Made by a program: the position numbers and the translations under genes. From positions 186,001-250,000 of the forward strand of contig JALDZS010000008.1 in assembly GCA_022813965.1 (NCBI GenBank): a DNA stretch of 64,000 nt, read 5' to 3'. This DNA comes from Toensbergia leucococca. Lineage: Eukaryota. Positions 49,596 to 63,395 of this stretch are shown here, one piece after another; within the stretch, counting starts at the first letter, position 1, and every line of letters begins with the position of its first letter. Below the pieces are notes generated by a model, which searched no databases, was not told the origin of the DNA, and was given only the letters and a program-made list of their open reading frames with translations.

Positions 49596-51754
49596 TCTTT
49601 TGGGTGATGGTGAGTTGGGAAGGTTTGGAGAGGGTAAGGCGGGAGATGAGGAGCTGGGGAATGTTCTGTTGAATGTTGAAGAGGAGGGTGGAGTAGAATA
49701 GATGAAGATGTTCCTTGGAGTCTAGGATGTGGATTCACAATGGAATTATGGGAGGGGGGAAGTGAATGGAATGCACCGAGTAAGTAAACGGCGAGGCTGA
49801 AGGAAAGCTGGTGAAGTGAGTGGAATAGAATATGACTATTCTAGTCCGTAGCCGGGATTAATATGGAGCTGCCCTGAACGGCGTCAAGTGAATCACTACA
49901 ACTACTGCAATTAATTACGACGAGGCGTTGCCGTCATGGGACGCACACCCAATCAGCTAATTGGACACTTTTCCACGCGTCACGCGTCCCTGTTTCGTGC
50001 TGAGCCACTTTACGGAATGGGCTTCTTGCTTTCTTGATTTCTCGAGTCTCGATATCCTTCTGCTACATCGAGGCCTCCACACACTTTTCAGAAGGTGTTA
50101 AAGCCCTTTTCTTCCTTTGTTGACATGTAGTGTGAGACTGTCAGATAATGTCAGTCTTCAGTGGGAAGCCTCGAATGTCAATGGCGTCCTATTCCCTCAA
50201 TTCTTGGCAGACAGGGCCCAACTCGCCAAATCTTTACCAATGCAGACTAGCTCATGTATCCCAATCCAGCCTTGCTGCATTGTGATGTAAAGGCAGGCAT
50301 AACCGCGCTTGGCTGTTTCACGATTCGCCCGCTTGGAACTCAGACGACGGCACACAAAATGCAAGAAGATATTTGGGGAATTATGTGGAGATTTGATACT
50401 GTGAATAGTTTGTAGTGGGTGGTGGAGGACATGGTTTGGTTGAACGTTTATTTGCTTTTGTTTTGCTTTTGGTTGAAGGGGAGCGCATGGCGTTGGTATC
50501 TGGAGCAAAGATAGTATTCTATTCGCGCATTCAGGGAGCTTTCTGACTGGGGGCGACTAATGGATTTGTCTCGGGAGCTTTGAGGGATGCTTCGATATTC
50601 TATGTGTCTCTCTCTTACTCCTTGTTCTCAAGTGAAAAAATTAATGCTGATTACTCCTTTTTGCTCATTGGGCCCCAGTGTCTTGGTGTGACTGTAAAGT
50701 TTTATTGTTGCGCAGGGACTAAGAGAACTGTGTACTTGTATCGTCCCGAGAGGGAAGCTCGCAGGAATTTCTACAGATCCAAATGAGACTCAGACTACCA
50801 AAGGCTTCATTATCTACTTCGCTCTGCTTAAAGTTCCTGTTGTACCGCATAACTTGGTACATAAGATATCACTGATATATAAGATAATACTGGGTGACTG
50901 GGTTACAAGATGTTCTTCAAATGGACCTTTTCAACCCGAACGCTTTCTGGTCTATTTTATTATATGTTTCTACTCATGGAATCTCTTCCTACTTATAAAG
51001 ACCCAGGTACGTACATCACCTCCCCTTTCTTCCTCTCTTCCTCATCTTCACTCGCTGATTCACCCTCATCATTGTCAGTGCACAGAATATGAGTTCAAGA
51101 CGGGCCTAGTGACCAAGATTCTTCCGGGAGGAGAGAAAATGAGTCAATTTTGATATATCTATTTGCGGGAGTATGAGGAAGGTACATATTAAGATGAGGT
51201 ATTGAGACGAGTGGGAAGATGTTAGGGAGGTTCGTAGTGAATGTGATGATCTTCTCAAATGAACGTGTTGATTCTCTAGCGGAGCCGTCTTATACTAGTG
51301 GTATATATTTGGGAGTCTGTTGGAAATTGCTACTGCTGCCGTTTCTCCAAGCTTCCTAATTGTTATTTTTTTCGAGAGTGGACTTATGCAATTTTGATGT
51401 GTCCCTTCGCGCGTGCGTCTTTGAAGTTTTGCTCGCCTTTGCAATCATGTTATCTCTTCCTCCCTCTAGCAATACGATTAATAATCTCAGATGGAAGCGG
51501 TGCCGCCATTGTCTCAGACATTGTGAGACTTTCCGTTTATATCTCCCTTTCAACTTCGATCCATGACTTTCATTGACTTCCGGTTTCTTCGCTTCCTCGC
51601 AGAGAGGAATGGCGTACTAAGAGCTATATCCATCATCACTCAGGGGACTGAGACTCCTTTGTATAAAAATGGAAACTCCCTCCAAATCCAGTTGTTGTCT
51701 ATGCTCTCTTAAGTCCATCCATCTCCAAGAACATCCCACAATCTCAGCCAAAGC

Positions 51755-52070
51755 ATGTCGCACAATCTTGGTATGTCACTCCTCTTCTACCCTTATGATG
51801 TTCTCCTAATACAAGAAGTCAGGGTATTCAACACTAAAACCGTTCTGGAAACAGGAGCATACCATATTCATATCCTACCTCCTCGAAAAAGGCGTCCCAC
51901 ACGGGGACATCACCTGCCGATTCCTGGAAACCTTCCCCTGGCAAGCCTCGACTACTCTACAAAAACGGCGAAGAACAGATGTGACAGGGAAAGTAGCAAT
52001 GTATTCCTCACAGCATGCCCCCAAGATAGAGACAAGTAGGCGATCGGAGACTCTAACATTCAACAACTGA
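51755..52070 (+). CDS. Small hypothetical spliced gene or relic with a helix-turn-helix/Myb-like motif
   Basis: ATG, then intron 51771-51822 (GTATGT..CTAAT..CAG), gives MSHNLGYSTLKPFWKQEHTIFISYLLEKGVPHGDITCRFLETFP. 3' structure unclear. Confidence 0.35.
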
Positions 52071-52586
52071 AAGAAACTAAATCAGACATAGTTGAAAATA
52101 CCGTCAGGAAGTTCGGATGGGGCCAAGGACTGCTGGATGAATTTGGAAGAACAGATGGAGATGCTGATGTGGAGATGGGAGTGGAAGGTGAGAGTGGGCA
52201 TGTGTAGACCACACAGGGGTTTCCGAAATGGCTTGCCGCCACTTCAGTCCGATATCAAAAAAGAGTATGATCTGCGGATCAAAATATGTTTTCATTAGCT
52301 GTGGGAAACAAGACCATTTTCAATTTTTTAAGTTCTCGAATTCCCCCTTTCCCACAACGCAAACCCACCCAAAACGCCAAACATCCAATCCACACATCTC
52401 ACCCTCTCCGACACCCCCAGCCCAATCTCACTTAACTCACCCCAGCTCAACCAACCACCCTCCCACACACACCCCCTCCCGTCAGTTAAAAAGATCATCA
52501 CATCCCCCCCTACCTATTCCTCCCCCCAAAGAAGAAAAACAAAGGGCTTCAAACCAAAAAAAAAGTCAAAAAAAAAAACCAAAAAA

Positions 52587-52708
52587 ACATACAACAGCCG
52601 GAATTCGCTGGTCGTCACCGAACCCAACTACTAATCAGCCGATCCGAGTCTTATGTATGGCAGAGCGGACGGGATGCCCAGTTTTGACTTCAGTCTGTGG
52701 TCGTATGT
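52587..52708 (-). rRNA. Dispersed 5S rRNA gene (divergent variant)
   Basis: ACATACGACCA..CCCGTCCGCTC..TTAGTAGTTGGG..GACCAGCGAA..CTGTTGTATGT followed by an oligo-T terminator; termini pair as helix I. Confidence 0.93.
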
Positions 52709-53100
52709 GGGATCTGCGTGCGCTGTTTGGGATATCATCTTCAAAGTAAGAGGCGCATTGTGTACCTACCTATCGAGAGAGCTATTAGCGCATTACCAAG
52801 GATGAAGTATGAACATTTCTACTGATCCGCTTAGGAACATGTTGATCATATCAATCGATACTAAAGGGCGATTGCGGAATAGTCTCAAAGGCGTCTCACA
52901 GCCTAATTACGCACTTGTACGCTTTTGGGGGTGAGAATTTTGAGTTTGTCCATGGCCAGCCGCTTAAGTATTGGATTACTTGAAAGTGTGTTCATTCAGG
53001 ACCTTATTCGCATCTGGGGTCTTTGGATTAAGGAAGTAAAATGTGCTAGGTACATATTTAGATAGGAGTTCCTAGCAGTCAACGATCCTCATCGTACATC

Positions 53101-54700
53101 TCATCTCCAAACAAGGCACACAGCCCGACGTCCATTAAGCAACCTCCTTCTCAACCTCAGAATTCCAGCCCTCGCAACTAGAAATTCCAGCAAACCATCA
53201 AAATGGCTTCTAGCAAATCCATAAACATTATTTCCCTCTTCCCAAAAGCCCCTTCCAATATCAACGACAACCCCAACGCCTCCCAAACACCCTGCAAGCT
53301 CATCTTCGGCGATAGGAGCCCCTTCTTCGTCAAGTTGGGTGACCTAAACCCCTGTAAAACCCCATCCCATGCTCTTTAAATCCAACTAATCATCATCTGC
53401 CCAGTCACGATCAAATCAAAGATCAATGTCATCACATCCCTCACCCTCTTCATCTACAGCCATACCACCACCCACTTTTCAAAGGTGCGTAACATAGCAA
53501 AACAATTTAGCAAGGAATTCCTCGAGGATTCTCGACCGACAGGGGATGGCGAGCGGTAATATCGCAATGCGACTGTTAAGGACAAGTGGGAGAGTAAACG
53601 TCGTGGGGTGTGAGGATTAATTGACTTTTTTTTAGGATGGCAGTCTTGGGAGTGGGCACATCAAAGGGAGACCAGGGGGGTTTTCCATAGGCTTTCGGCT
53701 AATTACAAAAGCTTCTTAAGTACGAAATTTGAAACCAGAAACTTCCAGCTGAAACGTGTTTCAGTCAGCAATGAGAAAAAATACCAATATCAATTTGAAA
53801 TGCTCCGGTCCCCCTTGAAATATTTTGAGTTGAGATTTTGGCCAGTATGAGGGAAATGCCTGTTGCGGGGTGGATGGGGTTATTTGTGGTTCAGTGGTAA
53901 TAAGCCTTTGCAGAAGTCGGAGGGAAAACGGTGAGTAGATGGATATTGATTACTACTGATAATGGTGGTTTTGTTTGGGGGAACCTGAATTAATGTCGGA
54001 GATATCTGCTTTCCATGATGTCGTTGCCGATGATCTTGTACCTTGCTGGGGGTAGATCTCAAAGATTTGGACTGCGAGAGACCCGGATCCTAACGCTGCA
54101 ATGATAATGCCTTGGACATAAGATGGACTGACGGCGTTCGTGGTACTCTGCCCAATATCACTATGAGACAGTGAGCAAAGATGGCGAAATACCCTCTATA
54201 GTATGGCGGTGTGGTGCTTGTGGAAGTCTTCGTATCTCATTCCCATCAGCAGATGAACGAATACTGAAGCCCAGAGGCTCCAGGATTGATAAGTGAGCGA
54301 CGAGGGATCTTTTGGATTGCATGGCCGCGATGTCCCAGAATTTTGGTGTTGGGTTAGTCATCAGTATGCAGAAGACAGAAAAAAGTGAACTTCTGATTAT
54401 GAAAGTCCTGTACCTTAATGCAGCAGTAAATAAATCATTTCGAACTATATGCCGTAGCCTCGAACAACGGTGCAATTATGACGTCGAGGAGGCACACAAT
54501 TAAGATTTGAAAAATGCACATGGCAATGCAAAAAGCTCCCTATCCTTTCCATTTCTTCGATTTTTATTTCTGCCATTCTGTGTCAATGATTGGCTACGGC
54601 GACCAAGGCTCGAGTCACGGAGCCATGGTGCTGGGACAAGCGATGGTGTGGGAACATGCAACAAAAGTGTGGAGAAGGCAGTCATTGGCCCAAAAGTCGG
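53101..54700 (-). pseudogene. Possible F-box gene relic divergent from MET17
   Basis: LFALPCA / FQILIVCLLDV / CSRLRHIV fall in shifting frames at about 54440-54540 and resemble an F-box. Further fragmentary coding-like frames to about 53100. Confidence 0.25.
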
Positions 54701-54743
54701 AGATTTGTCGAGAGTTGCTTTTGGAGGCAGTGAGCCGTCGAGT

Positions 54744-54753
54744 ATGACACCAT
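54744..54753. promoter_or_regulatory. CYS-3/MetR bZIP binding site
   Basis: ATGACACCAT matches the Neurospora CYS-3 consensus ATGRYRYCAT, about 240 bp upstream of the MET17 ATG. Confidence 0.6.
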
Positions 54754-54984
54754 CCGCACTAGTAAGTTATTTCGAAAAGTGGGGACAGTGGGAGAGTGGG
54801 GATGGGAGGTGGGGTGCCGTTGGTGCCGTTGGTGATGTTATTTAGTATTTAGGCAAGTGAAGGTCTGCCTTACCTTATGTATTATTTACGTGAACCATAC
54901 TGCCATATATCCACTTCTTTCTCACTGTTGTGACCTTGTCCTCCTCACACTCCTTTCTGTTTCTGTCTGCAAATCAAGTCCATC

Positions 54985-56637
<1,653 letters not shown>

Positions 56638-57454
56638 GCCTTGCTCTAGGAAGGGCAAAAGACTGACTGGTCCATATCAGAAGCATTGACTTCTTTGACT
56701 TTCAAGAAATTGGGTCGTGGCGATTGGTGATATCCATGTCCATATGGCGTCTTCAAGTTCTAGCTTCTTCGCATTTCAGCCATGTCCCAATTTGTGAGTG
56801 GCGTAATATATCCCGTACAGTAGAGAAGCTGGAGGCCTTTGCTCCATCGTAGGGAGTTGCAAGGGAGTGTACTACGTGTAGCGCGGAAACGTGCACCAGG
56901 TACCTAGGTAGGTATTCCACCCTCACTCGTAAAACGAAAGCGCTAGAACAAGAGTAGGGAGAAGATTGTCACCTGACGAGGATTTATGCGATGGCACGCT
57001 GCCAAATTTCACATGCTACTTTCATCCTTCAAGCCTCCATAGTTGACCGCCTGTTACATCGTGAGATGGGTGTAGATAAGGCGTGATGAAGGAGGCCTAA
57101 ACGGATGAAAGTGTGAAATACTTCAAAGTCCCCAGGTAGTAATTGATGATGCTTTGCAAAAACTCCCCGCTCGGAGTGACCGAAATGTCTTGGAGCCCCG
57201 ACGTCATTGAGCTTCGATAAAAGCGAGCCAAGGCATGCAAGGTAAGGTAGATACGAGTGCGCAAAATGTAGAAGACTTCGAAGTAGCTGATCTCAACTCA
57301 CCCAGAACTGTCGTGAATTTTGATGCTTTATCGAGGCCTTTTCCATCAGAATTAGTATGCCTTGTTCAACGGAGCTCTTTAGTGCGGTATTGACCCATTA
57401 CACAGACACATCTAATTCCTTCTCCAAATCGGAACCACCGAGTCGTCCTGGGAA

Positions 57455-59811
57455 ATGGCTCATCTCGAGCGAGCCAGAGAGATCTCTGCACCTCCTCCAC
57501 CTGGAATTCCCTACTCGGTTGCCGTTGCAAATTCCGAGCAGCCAGGCCGAAGTGAAGTATACAGACACTGGGCAGCTCAGACTGGCCCTATCAAGTCGCT
57601 GGATTCAAATGTCAGTAAAAGATGAGGTCGCAATAAAGGAGATGAACCAAGAGCTCAAATATGTTTCAGGTCACCACAGTGTACCAGATGTTCGAGGGAA
57701 CAGGTGGGTCCCACGAGGTTGAGCCAACTCAATAACCGCTAACTGTATGACAGCAAACCGTCAGCCATCACATAGGTGCCTCGGTTATCGACCTTACAAC
57801 CCTGTGAACAAAACGTTTGGACCGTACGTGTGGATGGACTACGGAACAGTGCAGAAGCGCCGAGCCAACTTTGGTGCTGGCATTGTTGAGATACACAAGG
57901 AGATAGGCATCGTCGACCAGAAGTTTGGTGTAGGCTTGTGGTGTCAGAATCGGCCGGAATGGCACCTGACCGGTACTACATCCTGAAGTTCTGGTGGAAT
58001 CCATACTGATAGCAATTTAGATCTGGCTTGTATATCTCAATCGCTCTACACCGTTTCTTTATACGAGACCCTTGGGCCTGAAGCGACAGAATACATCATC
58101 AACCATGCTTCATTGATCTGCGTTGCATCTTCACTACCGCACATTGCAAGTCTTCTCAAGCTCAAGCCTCGGTGCCCATCACTGAAGATCATAATCTCTC
58201 TTGATCCCCTCGACGATGGTGAACAAGAAGGTTGCTCCAAGTATTCTATACTTAGTGCCTTAGCATCAGATGTCGATATTCAGATATACACCATAGGTGA
58301 AGTCGAGGCCCTCGGCGCTTCTCTGAGTACCTCTCAGGGTATCCCTCCAAGCCGCCTTCCGCTGCCTTCAGATATTCTCACCATTAATTACACCTCTGGC
58401 ACTACAGGTACGCCGAAAGGGGTCATCCTGACGCATTCTGCAGGTGTGTCAGCAGCTTCTTGCTCCCTATCAACAGCGATGCAGGGACCTGGGACCGTCA
58501 CCTGTTCTTACCTCCCTCTTGCCCATATCTACGCTCGTATGACCGAAACAGGCGCTCTTTGGGCTGGCGTTGCAATAGGTTACTTCCACGGCAATATTCT
58601 GGAACTGGTCGATGATTTGAAACTTATTCGCCCTACAATTTTCACGTCCGTCCCACGACTTTACAATCGTTTTGGCGGCGTGATCAGTTCCAACACAGTC
58701 GATAAACCAGGCATTGCAGGTACTTTATCTCGGCATATCGTTTCTACGAAACTTTCCTATCTGGAGGACCCGGACCATCCAACTGCGACCAACAAACATG
58801 CTCTTTACGACCGTCTATGGGGCCGCAAAGTCACGTCTGCTCTTGGCCTCGAGCGTGTCAAAGTAACGGTGTCTGGCTCCGCTCCGCTCGATCCTACACT
58901 ACATCAATTTCTCCAAGTTATTTTTGGCAACCGCACGATGCAAGGCTACGGTCTTACGGAGACGTTTGGAGTTGGTCTTGCCCAAGTTGAAGGAGACTTA
59001 TCTGTGGGAAACTGCGGTGCTGTCACTCCCGCTAATGAAGCTTGCATTGCAAGCGTACCAGATATGGAATACTTGGTTACAGACCAGCCTCAACCACGAG
59101 GCGAATTGCTGATGAGGGGAGGCACTCTTTTTAGTGGGTATTATCAAAATGATGCCGAAACAAAGAAATCAATAACAGAGGATGGGTGGTTCCGAACCGG
59201 GGATATCTGTACCGTCGATGCAAGGGGCCGATTCAAAATCATAGATCGCGTGAAGAATGTTTTGAAGCTGGCGCAGGGCGAGTACATATCTCCTGAACGG
59301 ATCGAAAATGTCTATCTCTCACACTTGACCTATCTCGCTCAAGGCTACGTCCACGGTGATTCTCTCCAGACATTCCTCGTAGCCATCTTCGGTGTCCAGC
59401 CAGACACATTCTCGCTGTTTGCGGGTAAAATCTTGGGCAAGACTATCGAGGCCACCGATCTACAGTCCATTGCGGCGGCTTGCAAAGATGATCGGATCCG
59501 AAAAGCAGTGATCAAGGATCTGGATAGAGTGGGCAGGAAAAATAACTTCCAGGGGTATGAGCGTGTGAGGAAGTGCTATCTATATGTCGAGCCCTTTACG
59601 ATTGAGAATGAGCTGTTGACGCCTACGTAAGTTTCTGTTCTTTTCCTTGCCTTGGCTTGAAGAGGGCCTTTCTTGCTAGAGAAAGCGCGTTTTACTGATG
59701 TCTTACAGTATGAAACTCAAGCGCCCACAGACGGCTAAGAAGTTCCGGACTGAGCTGGATGAGATGTATGCAGATGGATTGGCGGAGGAGAAGGTGAAGG
59801 CTAAATTGTGA
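57455..59811 (+). CDS. Long-chain fatty acyl-CoA synthetase with PTS1 (peroxisomal)
   Basis: INYTSGTTGTPKG, QGYGLTE, GWFRTGD, DRVKNVLKLAQGEYISPE, LLTPT|MKLKR; ends KVKAKL*. Four introns. Confidence 0.95.
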
Positions 59812-60599
59812 TGGTTTGGTCATGTTGTAGATAGCTTAGCATACGTTGCGTTTCGAAGCTGGCGGGTTTCGTTTTTTGTGTTTTTTTCTCTTGTGGTGGC
59901 TTGTGATAGGTGGCTCAAAAAATGCTTTGGTCGACTGAGATGTTTTTCTACAATACATCAAAATGAGCTTTTTACCCTTGTGGAGGGTTTGATCTTCGTT
60001 CTCTGCATGCTCTTATACGATTTGGGTGTCTTTGCTGTCTTGTGTCGTGTTTCACTCTCACTATTTGTCCATCTCTCCTCTTCATTCAGATCATTGAGGT
60101 GAGCATCTGTCTCTCTCACTTCAAATCCGCCATATCTCACAAATCCTGGCAACTTTAAATCTGCATTCCTTTCTGAAGAACAGATAGAGTGGTTTGCCAG
60201 TAGGCGCTCTCTTTCTCTCATAAAGTCATCTTGCCTATCTCTGGTGACTGAATGATACGACGACGAAGCACAGCTTGCAAGATAGCAGATACAATGACAC
60301 ACCTTGTCCATCTTTCTCATTCCCGACCCCATCCCCATCCTCATCCCCAATCCCACTTCATCACCACCCCAAACAATCCCTCACCACACGTTCCCCTATT
60401 CCACAAAACCCCTTAAGCCATCACCTCTCCTTCACTTCCCCCAAAACACCGTGAATAACCCATCCCATCCTCACCAAAAAACTCGGCCAAAACAGGTTCC
60501 ACCCCCCTTCCCCTTTTCCGCCACCGCCTTTGCCTTCACCAGGATAGTCACCCAGTCAGATTCACGGATAACCTCATCCATTACACCAGCCACCATCTT

Positions 60600-60626
60600 C
60601 ACACACACACACACACACACACACAC
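60600..60626 (+). repeat. (CA)13 microsatellite
   Basis: Directly visible. Confidence 0.9.
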
Positions 60627-60831
60627 CCTCCCTCTCTTCCACCCCAACACCAATCCCATCCGTGCAACAGACAAGTAACCATCTCATCACCACCCCTATC
60701 GCAGCACCAAGTCTTCCTCACCACACGTCGTACAAAAAGGGAGCACAAGAAATCTCAGGGGGTGAAACCTCGCACCAACCACTTTGCGCCCGGACAAGAC
60801 TCCAAAATTCGTACTCACCGCAACACAAACA

Positions 60832-61555
60832 ATGCCATCCCGCTCTCCCTCAAAACACAAACGCCAAAATTACTACGCCGCCCCCGTAGCCTCGATTCCC
60901 ACACACTTCGTCCTCTCCGCCTCCCTGAGCGAAGAATTAGCCGCCCACAGCACCGACCCCAGCGAGGCCATCTCTTTCTTTCTCGCGGCCACAGTAACAG
61001 CCACGGCCACAGCTTCGGCCTTTTCCCCACCAACACTCACAGCCTCAATACTTTCTCAAGCAACACCAGCGAGCCTCTCCTTGGCAGAAACAGCAGCAAC
61101 CACAGAGGTGCCGACGACTGATCTCAATCCTGCCGCCGTCGAGACACCATCTACATCAGCCATGACGAGCACAAGCCCCGTTGATTTGGTCTCAACGACA
61201 CTGACGTTCGAGCCCCGCCCGACGGGGTTGAATCCGCCTTTTGGGGGAACCTCGGTGCTATTGTCGTCGTCTGGTGTTGCTTTTTCTCCTGTTTCAACTG
61301 CGGCGGAGACGACGTCGACGGCGGCGGTGGAGTGGATTGTGGGGAATCATACGGTGCCGGTTGTTTTGGCTATGGCGGTGGTGTTGCCGTTGGCGGTACT
61401 GGGGGGTGTGGGGTGGTACCTGTGTGAGTTTGCTCTTTGCTTTCTTTCTTTACCCTTCCTTTCTTTTTTGTTGGGGTCTTTTTGCTTGGAAAAGATTGGA
61501 GGGCTGACACTGGAATTCTGATGAGTTCTTAGGGAGGAGATATCGCAGATCGTAA
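60832..61555 (+). CDS. Ser/Thr/Ala-rich protein with a single C-terminal TM helix and basic tail
   Basis: S/T-rich ORF; TM VPVVLAMAVVLPLAVLGGVGWYL|WRRYRRS*; intron 61424-61532. True start may lie upstream. Confidence 0.6.
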
Positions 61556-62410
61556 TGGATGCGTATCACTTGATGTTACGTCGACGTTTTCCTGTTGAAA
61601 TCGAGTCACTTACCGGGAGTACATCTTCAATACTGATCCTCGTCAGCTTTCCAAATCGAATAGGAAGGTCATCACAGATAATGGAGGAAGCGATGATCGC
61701 CTCAGAGAATACAGACTCATTTCATCTCTTCAGCGCTATCGTAATACGCTTTGTATTTAATGGAAGGATGGAGGTGGGGTTGGTGAATTTCGGTTTGAGT
61801 GTGTGTGGAGATGGGGTATGAAGTGTTGAGTCAGACATGTCAAATTTGAAGGACCCACATGGCTGAAGTATGAGCAAAGGACTGAAACCCGGTTTGAAAA
61901 GTGGTAGAGAAACAACAGGAGTGACGGAGAAAGTCAGCAGCTCGCCAAAAATGAAAAGCTAGATATCAAAGATGCACAGACGTAGAAAGTCACATGGTCT
62001 GGCCAGTACTCGTAGCAGACGTCAGTTTGATTTCCACCAGAAAACAAAGGAAACAAACATCTACCAACGCCTTGACAAAATATGAGAAGGACCCTTAGAT
62101 TAGAGTGATGTACTTGACTACCTATGATGCACGTTCTTGACAGAAGGCATCTCAATAACATCACGACCTCTCTTCATTATCGCCCATCATCCTACCCTCC
62201 CCCCTTACCTAGTCCCTCACGGACAGAAAACGATCCAAATCAATCAAGCACCTCTAACGCACGCAAAAGCCAACCCCACACGCACACAAGCGAAAGTATG
62301 CAACGAGTACCTGCGCAAGCCAACCCAAGAAAGGATCCATTTCATCGATCCTCCATTCATAATGCAATCGATCTTGTCCTGCCTGTATGTCGTCTCCAAA
62401 GCGCGCAATT

Positions 62411-63395
62411 CTAACAGCAACCACCCGCCGAACCCGATGGCACTCCTTGGCCTTGGCCGACTTGCACTGTAGGCTTGTTGTTTACAGTCGTGGTGCCCAT
62501 TCGCTCTTTAATTTGGCGGGCCATGGTGAGGAAGGCTTGCTCGACGTTTGAGGCGTTCTTGGCTGAGGTTTCTAGGAAGGGGATGCCAAGGCTGTCGGCG
62601 AATTCCTAAGACGCCAGAAGCAGATGTGTAAGACACTTTTCTTCACCTAGTAACTAACATATCGACGGGAGGTGTGTCAAGACTAAGCGCACCTTTGCAT
62701 GTGTATACTCTACGACTTTCTTATCTGTCATATCGCTTTTGTTGCCAACGAGGAGTTTATTTACACCTTCTGTGGCGTAGCGGTCGATTTCTTGAAGCCA
62801 CTGCTTGACGTTGTTGAATGAATCCATATCCGTCACATCATAAACGACACAGATACCATGTGCACCCCGGTAGTATGAGGATGTGATTGTTCGGAATCGT
62901 TCTTGGCCCGCTGTGTCCCACTAGCAAGGTATCAGCATGGAAGGCAGAACAGCGTTTACGGCAAAGCTAACAATTTGAAGTTTCACGGTCTTGCCATCTA
63001 ACTCGATTGTCCGGATTTTCTAATAATTTTATTAGCTCCTCCAACGAAGCTTGCCGGGCAGGGCAATATGTAAAGGGAGTTTCTCACAAAATCCACACCG
63101 ATGGTCGAAATGTAGCTCTCTGTATATGTGTCGTCGGCAAATCGAAGTAGCAAGCAGGACTTTCCGACTCCGGAATCACCGATGAGAAGGAGCTTGAAGA
63201 GATAGTCGTATCTGCGTGAATACATGGATCAGCGACGCTCATTTCGCAGCCTCCACGAGGCTGTCCTAGAAAACCGGCGCCACGAGACATGAGAATTCCA
63301 AGCTTTGAAGGTTGCGGAGACTCTGTTGAAGTTCAAGCGTCAGTGTTGAACAGTAGCATCCATGGTTGGAGTGGAACATACCACTCAGGATTCAT
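62411..63395 (-). CDS. YPT1: Rab1 GTPase Ypt1
   Basis: [49 protein letters not shown]-terminal GGCC. Confidence 0.98.
63212..63384 (-). other. Spliceosomal twin intron ([D3,4] stwintron) in YPT1
   Basis: GA|GTG[GTATGT..ACTGAC..CAG]AGT..GCTGAT..CAG|ATAC. Internal intron 63381-63323; its removal rebuilds the donor GTGAGT. Confidence 0.85.

Noticed and set aside
49974..49987. Tandem CACGCGT x2 upstream of the MARVEL gene
   Set aside because: MCB-like but with no supporting cell-cycle context; could be chance.
50580..51300. Intron-like signals and short coding-like fragments
   Set aside because: Could not assemble an open spliced frame or recognise a family.
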